A stretch of 64,000 nucleotides of DNA, taken from assembly GCA_046292385.1 (NCBI GenBank), contig JBKBRF010000012.1, positions 32,001-96,000 on the forward strand. Direction: 5' to 3'. This DNA is from Armatimonadota bacterium (lineage in GTDB: Bacteria; Armatimonadota; SYMT01). How positions within the stretch are numbered: the stretch's first letter is position 1; each line of letters begins with the position of its first letter. Below, in pieces: positions 50,825 to 59,867 of the stretch. A program made the position numbers and the translations under genes. The notes under the pieces were generated by a model, which had not been told where the DNA came from, searched no databases, and was given only the letters and a program-made list of their open reading frames with translations.

Positions 50825-51389
50825 GAGCGATCAGCAGCCGGCGCGCTCGCGGAAGGAGTTCCTGGCCGCGCCCGGCCGGAACCACAATCCGCATACCGGG
50901 ATGCCGTTGCGCCCCGGCCAGCGTCTCCCCACCGAGGGCGAGGAGCAGGAGTCGTTTGACGACTGGCTCTACCACCGCCGCTCTGCCCCCTTCCCGGATG
51001 ATGGCCGGTGGGAGATCACCGAGAGGCATGCCTACCGTTGGCTCTCCCACCGCTTTGAGGGGCTCCTCGACAATCCCCGTCGCGCTGCGGGGCTGACCCG
51101 CCAGGGCGTCGACGCCAATGACCTCCTCCTCCTGATTCTGGACCTCCACGCCTACGCCGCGCTGCGCGAGCGAGCCTGGCAGGCGGGCCTGCCGACGCCG
51201 TGCCTCGTGGAATACCTCCGCGCGGACCGGGAGCGGTGGGGCTGGTGGGAGAAGGTGTTCCGGCTGGTGCGCGCGATGAACCGGGACGAGGATCCGGCGG
51301 TGATCGACGCGCTGCGTGAGGATCTTCGCGCGGCCGGCGGAAACCCGGATGCGGATGACGAGGGAGAGGGCAATGAAGGGGGGCTATGA
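50781..51389 (+). CDS. hypothetical phage protein
   Basis: GGAG RBS; overlaps the next gene. Confidence 0.55.
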   Translation: MSAETAARAHRPRPESDQQPARSRKEFLAAPGRNHNPHTGMPLRPGQRLPTEGEEQESFDDWLYHRRSAPFPDDGRWEITERHAYRWLSHRFEGLLDNPRRAAGLTRQGVDANDLLLLILDLHAYAALRERAWQAGLPTPCLVEYLRADRERWGWWEKVFRLVRAMNRDEDPAVIDALREDLRAAGGNPDADDEGEGNEGGL

Positions 51390-51990
51390 CCCCTCGGCGG
51401 CGGCCGCGGCGGCCACCAAGATCAAGTGGTTGAAGCGGGAGGACTGGGACGGGCTGGTAGACGCGGCGGCGGAAGAGCGGCGGGAGGAGCTGCTCGGGAT
51501 CCGGGACCAGGCGATCATCGCCCTCGGGCTCTCCTCCGGGCTTCGCGTCTCGGAGCTGTGCAACCTCAACGTCGAAGACCTCGACCTGAAGGACCGGCGG
51601 CTGACTGTCCGGCGTGGGAAGGGCGGCAAGCCGCGGCCGGGGCGCTTCTCCGAAGACGCGCGCGACCTGATCGAGATCTGGTTGCAGGTGCGGCCGACGC
51701 AGCCGGAAGACACCGCCCGGGAACAGCGCGGACCGCTCTGGATCTCCCGCAAGGGTGGGCGGCTGGCGGCTCGGACGGTCCGGGAGATGATGCAGAAGGC
51801 CGGCGAGAAGGCGGCCCTCGGCCACGTCCACCCGCACATGCTCCGCCACTCCTGCGCGACGGAGCTCCTCCGGAAGACCAACAACCTCCGCCAGGTGCAG
51901 GTGCACTTGGGGCACGCCCGGATCACCACCACCGAGATCTACGCGCACGTGATCAACAACGACCTAGAGAAGGCGGTAGAGGACCTGTAG
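51373..51990 (+). CDS. small tyrosine recombinase (catalytic domain only, FimB/XerC-like)
   Basis: RD....L...GLRVSEL, GKGGK, HPHMLRHSCAT and LGHARITTTEIYAH; 205 aa. Confidence 0.9.
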   Translation: MKGGYDPSAAAAAATKIKWLKREDWDGLVDAAAEERREELLGIRDQAIIALGLSSGLRVSELCNLNVEDLDLKDRRLTVRRGKGGKPRPGRFSEDARDLIEIWLQVRPTQPEDTAREQRGPLWISRKGGRLAARTVREMMQKAGEKAALGHVHPHMLRHSCATELLRKTNNLRQVQVHLGHARITTTEIYAHVINNDLEKAVEDL

Positions 51991-52002
51991 AGAGGGAGAC
52001 CC

Positions 52003-52248
52003 ATGAACTACGAGATCAATTTGGAGGTAACTGTCACCGCGGATGAGATCCGAGGAATGGTCGCGGAGAAGGTCAACAACTCCCGGATGCATCGCCTACC
52101 GTTTACGGTCAAGCCGGAGGACGTGGACGTTCAGCCGGACGGCACAGCCCTCATCCGGTGCCAGCGGCAGGCGGCTGATAACAGGACTTGGTGGGCCGAG
52201 AACAACCAGCTCACCGAGGAAGAGAAGCAGAAGCGAGGGACGCAGTGA
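52003..52248 (+). CDS. hypothetical phage protein
   Basis: GGGAG RBS. Confidence 0.55.
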   Translation: MNYEINLEVTVTADEIRGMVAEKVNNSRMHRLPFTVKPEDVDVQPDGTALIRCQRQAADNRTWWAENNQLTEEEKQKRGTQ

Positions 52249-52619
52249 GCACGATCCATCGACAGCACCGCAAACAGCGCACCTTCTTCCGGCTTCTGGC
52301 GCGCGAGCAGCGCCGGTGCTTCCAGTCGCTACACGACCGCGGAGAACTGAAGGTGCCCGACGAGCCCGCCCGACCGGATGAGCAGGACGACTGGGCCGAC
52401 GAGGAGGATGACGATCCAGGGCAGCAGGGCTGCCTGCGCTGCGGCGCCCCGAGCTGGTACGTCCGCACAGGCTACTGCTCAGACGAGTGCCTTGGAGCGG
52501 ATGCCGCCGAGATCGAAGATGAGGGGCGCTGCGGTCACTGCGGCCGGCCCGGACCCTACGGAGAGCCTTGCTTCCGACCGCTGGACGGGCAGCTCGAAGA
52601 GTGCGGGCAGTTCATCTGA
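52245..52619 (+). CDS. Cys-rich hypothetical protein
   Basis: CLRCG...YCSDEC, CGHCG; GTGA overlap. Confidence 0.5.
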   Translation: MSTIHRQHRKQRTFFRLLAREQRRCFQSLHDRGELKVPDEPARPDEQDDWADEEDDDPGQQGCLRCGAPSWYVRTGYCSDECLGADAAEIEDEGRCGHCGRPGPYGEPCFRPLDGQLEECGQFI

Positions 52620-52627
52620 ATTCCGTA

Positions 52628-52665
52628 GCTGAACCGCCGAATTCCAATGAATTCGGCGGTTCAGC
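52628..52665. terminator. 17-bp perfect hairpin between convergent genes
   Basis: GCTGAACCGCCGAATTC-caat-GAATTCGGCGGTTCAGC. Confidence 0.65.
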
Positions 52666-52740
52666 GGTCACGGTTCGCAGGTTCGGCGCCAGGGAGGCTA
52701 TTCCGCAAGTTCAATGTGGGGGGGTTAACGCGAGTGCTCC

Positions 52741-54201
52741 TTACTTCACGATTGTCTGGGAGCTGTTCGGCACGTATCCCCAAACGTCGCGCCGTCCATC
52801 TGGAAGTTCTACGGTGAATCGTAACATCCCGCCCTCCCATTTAAGAACACCAACCTGAGGGGCGACCACTCGAAGACTCTGCGCCTTGTTCCGCGTCAAA
52901 CGTGAGAACAAGGCGCGGAAATCATTGATGGCAACCTGATTCATCAATCGTCGGTTCACTTCCGGAGAAAGGCGGGAGATCTCTAGACGCGCCCAGGTTG
53001 ACCCAGCCACTCGCGCTGCATCCTCCAGAACCATGGCATGAGTTCTAGCATAGCGCGCTGTCATCAATCCCACGTTACGCTCTTCGACTCGGCATATTAG
53101 GTCAAGCGACGGTGGAACGCAGGCTTGCATCTTTCGGTAGAGATCGACCGGGTCTTTGGCGGGACCAGGCCGTTCACGACCAAGAACCCAGTCACCGCTC
53201 CGATCCGGTCGTAGTGTCCAACCGTAGAGCGCACCGATCCCGAGCGCCAGATCATCGGCTCTCATGCTCGGAGCCGGAGAAAGGTATACCCGTCGCTTCG
53301 ACGCATAGTCGGGAGTGCGAACGTCCCGCCCGACCCGGTTCTTCAACACTGCCGCAATCGCATCCACTCGGATCTCTCCCTGGGGGAGTTTCAACTCCGT
53401 GTGAAAAGCCTTCGGCGCCTGCGGAAGATCAGCTAATGCCTCACCTCGGAATGAGACTGGTCTGACGTCCCACGGTGGAGGTGGAGGGGCTTGGAAGTTC
53501 GACTTGGCGTTATCCCGCGGATACGCGATCCAGTAGACCATGGGCTCTCGAAGGGTGGGGTCGACTTCGAGTTCCGCGCCTTTCCAACCAACGAAGAGCT
53601 TCTCCATCCGCTCGCTATAGGTCTCCTGGCTGGAGAAGACCTGCGCGGCATTTACGGTAAGCCAAAGCCGACGTTGCTCATCCGGGAGGGCAGCGAGTGG
53701 TAGCCCCTCGGGTCGCCGCATCGCGGCACGCTGCTCCACTGTCAGGGAGTCCCAGAACCGATTCTGGTTCTCGGGGTAGAGCGGCGACAGGGGATATGGC
53801 GCGAACGGGTGAACCAATCGATGCAGATCTGCTCCTGTCTGTTGTAACTCCTCCAGCTCTAAACTGAGCGTCTCGCGTTCATCCCCATAACGACGATGAA
53901 ACAGGAGAACACGACTACCCTGACGTCCGTAAAGGTCGAAATCGGTGGCCAGTGCGTCGAGTGCGCGCGAGACGGGTACGTCCTCAAGCGCCATTTCCAA
54001 GCGGTGTTCGACCTGCGGGATCTCCGCGATGACACTAAGACCTGTAGCCTGTGCTACGGTGTCCAACACCTCGGCGAGCTTCGCTCCGCGGGAGAGCGTC
54101 ACCTTCGGTTCCATCGAGGCCTTGGGACCGTCTTGGGCGGCGGATGCGGCTACCCCGAGGGTGGCTACGAGCGCAAGAATTAACCTAATCTGCATGTTCA
54201 C
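52741..54201 (-). CDS. secreted hypothetical protein (moron) with an STN-like N-terminal domain
   Basis: Signal peptide; KVTL...KL.EVL..VA..TG.SVIAE...LDALA..FD; visibly lower GC than the phage core. Confidence 0.65.
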   Translation of the reverse strand: MNMQIRLILALVATLGVAASAAQDGPKASMEPKVTLSRGAKLAEVLDTVAQATGLSVIAEIPQVEHRLEMALEDVPVSRALDALATDFDLYGRQGSRVLLFHRRYGDERETLSLELEELQQTGADLHRLVHPFAPYPLSPLYPENQNRFWDSLTVEQRAAMRRPEGLPLAALPDEQRRLWLTVNAAQVFSSQETYSERMEKLFVGWKGAELEVDPTLREPMVYWIAYPRDNAKSNFQAPPPPPWDVRPVSFRGEALADLPQAPKAFHTELKLPQGEIRVDAIAAVLKNRVGRDVRTPDYASKRRVYLSPAPSMRADDLALGIGALYGWTLRPDRSGDWVLGRERPGPAKDPVDLYRKMQACVPPSLDLICRVEERNVGLMTARYARTHAMVLEDAARVAGSTWARLEISRLSPEVNRRLMNQVAINDFRALFSRLTRNKAQSLRVVAPQVGVLKWEGGMLRFTVELPDGRRDVWGYVPNSSQTIVK

Positions 54202-54257
54202 CCCTGATGACGCGAGCGACGGTCTCCCGTCGCTCGCCGGAGCAGGTAACTTCGGGA

Positions 54258-54902
54258 CTAGTTGCCGATCTGGATCTGTGCCCAGGCCACGGCTGATCCA
54301 TGGAATCCCGTACCCATGGAATCAGCAACGGTGAACACCATGATCGACCCCTTCACCTCCATCGTCATGTTGATAGAAGCAGACTTCTGATCGCTGCGGA
54401 AGTTGGTGTTTGCCGGGCCGGGATCATAGGCCGTCCATGTAGGGAATTGTCCTGTTACCGAGTTGTTGGCGACGGCGCTCACGTTCACGGCTACAGTGCC
54501 CGCTGAAGCCGTTGCCTCCGCCTCACCTCTCGAGAATGAGTTTCCGTTCGCAGCGGTAGATCCGGCGGTTGCCTCCGCTCGGCAATCTCCCTTTAACAGC
54601 ACCGAAAGGGCGGCAGGATTCCCATTCTTGGTGTAAACTCTCTTATAGCTAAACTCCTGGTGAGCGTGCGTAAAGCTGTTCTGGCCGTTACTGCTAGCTG
54701 AGTTCGCACTAGCTTGGGCGTAATAGCTATTACTAGCATCGCTTTTACCGCTACCCTCCGTTGAGTGAGAGATGTGGTCCACATCGGAGTCTAACTCGAG
54801 GTTTCCCACGGTCCAGCTATCTGCGAGTGCGGGAGATGCAGCCATGATCCCGACGCAGATGCAGCCGACCGGGACTGTCCGAGTGCGCCAGTTCCTTCTC
54901 AT
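54258..54902 (-). CDS. secreted Ser/Ala/Asn-rich hypothetical protein (moron)
   Basis: AAGGAG RBS; signal peptide ending SPALA; lower GC. Confidence 0.6.
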   Translation of the reverse strand: MRRNWRTRTVPVGCICVGIMAASPALADSWTVGNLELDSDVDHISHSTEGSGKSDASNSYYAQASANSASSNGQNSFTHAHQEFSYKRVYTKNGNPAALSVLLKGDCRAEATAGSTAANGNSFSRGEAEATASAGTVAVNVSAVANNSVTGQFPTWTAYDPGPANTNFRSDQKSASINMTMEVKGSIMVFTVADSMGTGFHGSAVAWAQIQIGN

Positions 54903-55288
54903 ACGGATTCTCCTTAGCGAGCAGTGTCGGCCGAGCGAGCGACGGAACGCCCACAGGCCAGGTAATTGAGGCGAGATAGAATCGAGGGGATCAGGACAGG
55001 ATAGCTAGGCCCCACGACCCTACCGGATCTAGTTTCTTCCTAAAACGTAAGGACCCTTTGCTTGAGTAGTAGCGGTATTGTTGAGAAAATCGCAAGAAGG
55101 TGTGAGAGCCGCATGAAAGCGGCGGTTGGCGCTCACCCCCCGTGGTAGTGTGAGATTAGAAGAGTGAGATCCGATCTCACCACAATGCGTGAGAGCTGAA
55201 TACACCACGAAGGGGCCGGCGACGGCCCCGCAAAGAAGAGAGGGGGCTCCCGAAAGGGGGTCCCCTCTCGCACTTTCTGGGGGCCGCC

Positions 55289-55540
55289 ATGGACAGAGCC
55301 GAGGAGCCGAGGAAGCCGCTGTCCTGGTGGGACATCTCGATCTCCGGACGGAGGGTTCCGGCTCAGGAGGACGTCACAGTCAATGCCGTCGTTCGCCGCA
55401 GCCGCTTCCGCTTCGGGGCGCGCCTGCCCTGGAAATGGGCGCTCGTTATCGGGCTCCTGATCTTGGGCTCCCATCCGTGGGGCCGATGGGTGCTCGAGCA
55501 GGCGCAGTGGTTGGCCCGACAGATGGGGGTGGCGATCTAA
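55289..55540 (+). CDS. small membrane protein (holin candidate)
   Basis: One TM helix; first gene of the lysis/late operon. Confidence 0.4.
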   Translation: MDRAEEPRKPLSWWDISISGRRVPAQEDVTVNAVVRRSRFRFGARLPWKWALVIGLLILGSHPWGRWVLEQAQWLARQMGVAI

Positions 55541-55803
55541 TGGGAGTTTTCGGCGTCTTCAAAGGCAAGCTCTGGGACCTCGTCAAGGGAAACGTCTGGG
55601 AGATCCTACGCTCGGTGGTCTCCAAGGCCGCGGCCGAAGAGGTCGCAGACGGCATCCAGGCACACTTCCAGCGCATCGGTCCGGAAGGCCGCGAGCGACT
55701 GGCTGCGAAGCTGGTCAAGATCGCGGACCTGCTCCGGGCCGACAAGAGCGGCAAAGCGGCGGCGCAGGCCTCCGCGACACTGGTTGGCGAGCTGGAGCTA
55801 TGA
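55540..55803 (+). CDS. hypothetical phage protein
   Basis: TAATG coupling. Confidence 0.55.
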   Translation: MGVFGVFKGKLWDLVKGNVWEILRSVVSKAAAEEVADGIQAHFQRIGPEGRERLAAKLVKIADLLRADKSGKAAAQASATLVGELEL

Positions 55804-56084
55804 CCTGCGCGCTTGACGCGCGCGACCAGACACCAGATGAAGTCCGGCTTCGGGGAGCGATCCTCGAGCCGGGCTTTTTCAATGTCGGCCGCGGCGTAAC
55901 CCTCGACCTTACGGAGTGCACCCTCAGCCTCCGCGCGGTGGGCGGCCTGGTCCGCCTGGTCCGGGAAGAGCGGCGCGTCCAGATCCGGATGCCCTACACC
56001 TGCCAGCCGCAGCAAGCGATCGAGACGGTCTTCGGACCGCACCACCTCCACTACCTCGGCGGCACTGACTGGGAGCTCTCCTGA
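55800..56084 (+). CDS. hypothetical protein with a STAS-like segment
   Basis: VTLDLTECTLSLRAVGGLVRL resembles the STAS core; ATGA and TGATG coupling. Confidence 0.4.
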   Translation: MTCALDARDQTPDEVRLRGAILEPGFFNVGRGVTLDLTECTLSLRAVGGLVRLVREERRVQIRMPYTCQPQQAIETVFGPHHLHYLGGTDWELS

Positions 56085-56920
56085 TGTTCAAGCTTCGGGA
56101 CCTAGACCTCGACCGGATCTGCGAGCTCAACGAGTTCCTCGTCCCCCAGGACGGCCTGGCCATGGTCGGTATCCGCGGCTGTTTGCCGGCGAAGCCCGGC
56201 GCCTGGGGCCGTGAGGTGGAGCTGGAGGCCGCGAAGGTCGACTACACCCACCCCCGCTGCACCATCATCCTCTGGCAGCCCCGCTTCGGCTCCCTCGCGG
56301 CCTTCCCGGGCAGCACCGTCCCGCACATCAGCGAGATCAAGAAGGCGGCGGCGAACGGCGGCAGAGGCGCCAATTGCCTGATGACGGGCTGCTACAGCTA
56401 TGTCCGCGGGTGGCACCGCTACGGATCCCGGACCGCGCACCAGGCATTTCGGCAGGATGGAGTCCGGCCGCTGCGGCGGACCAGGGATGACCTCACCTAT
56501 TCCCTGGCCGACCCGGTGGAGATCTCGAACCCGGGCGACAACCTCCACGCCGGGTGGTGTGACAGCGTCGATTCCGAATACTACGGCTCGGCCGGCTGCC
56601 AAGTAGTGGTAGGCCGCCCCACCCGTGGCCACTGGCGGACCTTCTACGCCGAGGCGGTGGCGAAGGGCCAGACCGCTTTCACCTATCTGCTGCTGACCTG
56701 CCGGGACATCAAGTTCCCCCAGCCGGTGGTGCGCTTCGGCAGCCGCGGCCCGCGGACGAAGGCGCTGCAAGAGGCGATGATCCGGGGCGGCCGGCTGAAG
56801 GGACCCGCGGACGGCGTTTGCGGGCCCAACACGTTCTTGTCGCTGGTCCAGGCGCAGGGTGACCGGGACACTGGCGTCTTCGGGGTCGACCTCGCGCGAC
56901 AGATCGGAGCCCGCTGGTGA
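56084..56920 (+). CDS. probable endolysin: YkuD-like catalytic domain plus peptidoglycan-binding domain
   Basis: NLHAGW...SAGCQVV; C-terminal GSRGP..KALQ.A......ADGVCGPNT...L...Q. Confidence 0.7.
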   Translation: MFKLRDLDLDRICELNEFLVPQDGLAMVGIRGCLPAKPGAWGREVELEAAKVDYTHPRCTIILWQPRFGSLAAFPGSTVPHISEIKKAAANGGRGANCLMTGCYSYVRGWHRYGSRTAHQAFRQDGVRPLRRTRDDLTYSLADPVEISNPGDNLHAGWCDSVDSEYYGSAGCQVVVGRPTRGHWRTFYAEAVAKGQTAFTYLLLTCRDIKFPQPVVRFGSRGPRTKALQEAMIRGGRLKGPADGVCGPNTFLSLVQAQGDRDTGVFGVDLARQIGARW

Positions 56921-57267
56921 CCTGGCTGGATCACTTTTGGAAGCGGCTGCAGTGGCGGATCCACCGTCGCCGGCCGGGGGCCAAGCCCCACAAGCCCGTG
57001 CGGCCCCTGGAGACGGCGCTGGCCTGGAAGGAGCTGTGCTGATGCGTCTCGGTTGGATTGGAAACGGCATACTCGCCGCACTGGCGATGATCGGCCTGGC
57101 CGCGCGGACTCCGCAGGGATCGGCGCGGCCCGAGCGCTCGCCGTACATCGCCGCCTCTTCCGGGCGTGAGCTGGTCTTCGGCCGGCGTCTCCCGGACCCG
57201 CCGCGGCAGGGCCGACCGTTCCGCCGCTGTCACCGGACCGGGCTCAAGCTCCGCGCGCTGTAGGGCG

Positions 57268-57291
57268 CGATTATGCCACGTGGCATAATCG
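57268..57291. promoter_or_regulatory. palindrome copy 4 (24-bp perfect palindrome)
   Basis: CGA-TTATGCCACGTGGCATAA-TCG, just upstream of the metallopeptidase/terminase genes. Confidence 0.85.
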
Positions 57292-57304
57292 GCGGAGATC
57301 TCCG

Positions 57305-57940
57305 ATGGAAGACCTGGCGCGGCCCCAGCCGCCCGTGGACCTGCTCGCCGCGGATGAGGAGACGATCCTCTTCGCGCCGGCGCACGAGCTGGCGGAGTGG
57401 GTCGAGGCCACGTTCCTGGACGAGAGCGGCCTACTCCACAACTGGGAGCACGAGCACCTCCAGGATGCCACCGTCGCCTTCCTCTGGACGAACACGCGAA
57501 ACGAGAAGGGTGGCCGGCGCATCGTCGGCACCGCGGAAATCCCCGCGAGCCAGGGGGCCACGCGCTGGGTGAAGGCGAGGCTCGAGTATCAACTCTGGAA
57601 CTGGTTCGGCGAGCTGCCGGACTTCCTCATCACCATCGACGCGAGCTACTGGGCGGCGATCTCCGACGCGGCCGCGTGTGCCCTGATTGAGCACGAGCTC
57701 TACCACTGCTCGTTCAAGGTGGATCGCGACGGCGACCCCCGCACCGATCCGGATGGTGAGCTGATCTGGTCGCTGAAGGCGCACGACGTCGAGGAATTCA
57801 TTGGCGTGGTCCGCCGCTACGGCCCTGGGGCTGCTTCGGGCGGGGTGGCCGCGCTGGTAGAGGCGGCGCAGCACCGGCCGCTTTTCTCCGCGGAGGAGAT
57901 CGCCGAGGCGTGTAGCGGCTGCGGTGTCTGCGCCCGCTGA
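57305..57940 (+). CDS. putative phage metallopeptidase
   Basis: H.HL.DA...FLW; WFG..PDF.ITIDA; ALIEHELYH; HDVEEFIGVVRRYG. Confidence 0.85.
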   Translation: MEDLARPQPPVDLLAADEETILFAPAHELAEWVEATFLDESGLLHNWEHEHLQDATVAFLWTNTRNEKGGRRIVGTAEIPASQGATRWVKARLEYQLWNWFGELPDFLITIDASYWAAISDAAACALIEHELYHCSFKVDRDGDPRTDPDGELIWSLKAHDVEEFIGVVRRYGPGAASGGVAALVEAAQHRPLFSAEEIAEACSGCGVCAR

Positions 57941-57958
57941 CTTTGATGGGCTTTGACC

Positions 57959-58513
57959 ATGGCGAATCTCACGCGTAAGCAGAAGGTGGCCGTGGTGGCA
58001 CGCCTGGCGACCTTCGAGATGCCAGCCGATGTACGGACCTGGCTCAAAGAGGAATGCGGCGTGGAGATCAGCCTCCAGGCGGTCTGCTACTACGATCCGA
58101 CGAACGCCCAGGGCGCCCGGGAACTGTCGCAGGACCTCAAGGATCTCTTCTTCGAGACGCGGGCCCGCTACCTGGATGCCGTGGCGGACATCCCAATCGC
58201 AGACCGGCGTTACCGGCTCCTCCGGCTGCAGCAGCTCCTCGACCTCAAGAAGTACCGCGAGAACGCCAAGACGGCGCTTGCGATCCTGGAACAGGCGGCG
58301 AAAGAGGCGGGGGGCGCCTACACGAACCGGCGAGAGCTGACTGGTGCCGGCGGCGGGCCGATCGAGGTAGCCAACGTCGACCTGTCGAGGCTCACGGATG
58401 AAGAACTCACGGAGCTCGAACAGCTCCTCGCTCGCGCGGAGGGTTCCGACTCTGGCGGCGGTGAGGGCGGAGCGGGAGCGCCGGCGGGTTCTGACGTTCA
58501 AGGAGTTCGTTGA
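57959..58513 (+). CDS. terS: terminase small subunit (DUF2280-like)
   Basis: LA.F..P..V...KE..G.....Q.V..YDP; F..TR; IPIA...YRL..L; LEQAAKE.GG.YTN.RELTG..GGPI. Confidence 0.85.
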   Translation: MANLTRKQKVAVVARLATFEMPADVRTWLKEECGVEISLQAVCYYDPTNAQGARELSQDLKDLFFETRARYLDAVADIPIADRRYRLLRLQQLLDLKKYRENAKTALAILEQAAKEAGGAYTNRRELTGAGGGPIEVANVDLSRLTDEELTELEQLLARAEGSDSGGGEGGAGAPAGSDVQGVR

Positions 58514-59867
58514 CCGCGTCCGGCCGCGCTACCGCTGGTACCGGCACTGCCTGATCCTCGCCGAAGTCCTCCAGCGGGTAGCGGACGGCGAGATCAAGCG
58601 GCTGATGGTCTTCATGCCCCCGCGGCATGGAAAGAGCGAGCTCGTCTCCCGTCTCTTCACGGCCTACTACCTCTACCGCTTTCCGGACCGCTGGGCCGGC
58701 CTCTGCAGCTACGGCGCGGAGCTGGCCTACACTCTCTCCCGCTCCGCGCGCGAGTTCTACACCCGCAGCGGCGGGCCGCTAGCCAGCGACGCCACTGCGG
58801 TCAAGCACTGGGAGACCGGCCGGGGTGGCGGCTTCTGGGCGGCCGGCGTGGGCGGTCCGATCACCGGTAAGGGGTGGCACCTCGGGGTCATCGATGACCC
58901 GATCAAGAACGCGCAGGAGGCGAGCTCCAGCACGATCCGGGAGACCCAGTGGGACTGGTATGGCTCCGCGTTCTACACCCGGGAAGAGCCGAACGAGAAC
59001 GATGAGGCGGACGGTGCGCTGATCGTCGTGCAGACCCGCTGGCACGAGGACGACCTCTCCGGGCGCCTGGTGACCGCGGAGAAGGACGAGGAAGAGGCGG
59101 AGCGCTGGCACATCGTCTCCTTCGAGGCGGTGAAGGATGAGAACCCTGCCACCTTCCCGGCGGCCTGCACGGTGGAGCCGGACTGGCGAGAACCGGGCGA
59201 AGCGCTCTGTCCGGAGCGCCGGCCGCTGGAGAAGCTGAAGCGGATCCGCCGCGCGGTCGGCGAGTACACGTGGAACGCGCTCTACCAGCAGCAGCCGCGG
59301 CCCCGGTCCGGCGGCTTCTTCAAGGTCGGCCTGATCGACGTGGTCGACCGGGTGCCGGCGGACGCCGTCCGGGTCCGCTTCTGGGACAAGGCGGCCACTG
59401 AAGACGATGGCGACTACACGGTCGGCCTGCTGCTGGCGAAGGGCGCCGACGGGATCTACTACGTGGAAGACGTGGTCCGCGGGCGCTGGGGACCGCTGGT
59501 ACGCAACCAGAAGATGCGAGAGACCGCGGAGACAGACGCGGCCCGCTACGGGAAGCAGGTCCGGATCTGGGTCGAGCAGGAGCCGGGCAGCAGCGGCAAG
59601 GACAGCGCGATCGCCAGCGTCCGGCTGCTGGAAGGGTTCCCGTGCCGCTTTGAAAGGCCGACCGGCGACAAGCAGCTCCGCGCCGACCCGTTCGCCGCCG
59701 CGGTCGAGGCCGGCCTGGTGAAGCTCGTCAAAGGGAGCTGGAACCACCAGGCCTACCTGGATGAGCTCGAAGCTTTCCCGCGCGGAACGCATGACGACCA
59801 GGTGGACGCCAGCAGCGGCGCGTTCAACAAGCTCGCTCCGGAGCAGCGGAAGGTAGTTATCGGCTGA
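58398..59867 (+). CDS. terL: terminase large subunit
   Basis: MPPRHGKS (Walker A), GG.ITGKG, IDDPIK, QTRWHEDDL.G, ALYQQ.P, WDKA, EQEPGSSGK and HDDQVDA; start uncertain. Confidence 0.95.
   Translation: MKNSRSSNSSSLARRVPTLAAVRAERERRRVLTFKEFVDRVRPRYRWYRHCLILAEVLQRVADGEIKRLMVFMPPRHGKSELVSRLFTAYYLYRFPDRWAGLCSYGAELAYTLSRSAREFYTRSGGPLASDATAVKHWETGRGGGFWAAGVGGPITGKGWHLGVIDDPIKNAQEASSSTIRETQWDWYGSAFYTREEPNENDEADGALIVVQTRWHEDDLSGRLVTAEKDEEEAERWHIVSFEAVKDENPATFPAACTVEPDWREPGEALCPERRPLEKLKRIRRAVGEYTWNALYQQQPRPRSGGFFKVGLIDVVDRVPADAVRVRFWDKAATEDDGDYTVGLLLAKGADGIYYVEDVVRGRWGPLVRNQKMRETAETDAARYGKQVRIWVEQEPGSSGKDSAIASVRLLEGFPCRFERPTGDKQLRADPFAAAVEAGLVKLVKGSWNHQAYLDELEAFPRGTHDDQVDASSGAFNKLAPEQRKVVIG

Noticed and set aside
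57305..57940. Metallopeptidase as the missing PRTRC deconjugase
   Set aside because: It has an HExxH zincin motif rather than the JAB HxH motif, lies more than 10 kb away, and belongs to a family commonly found beside terminase genes.
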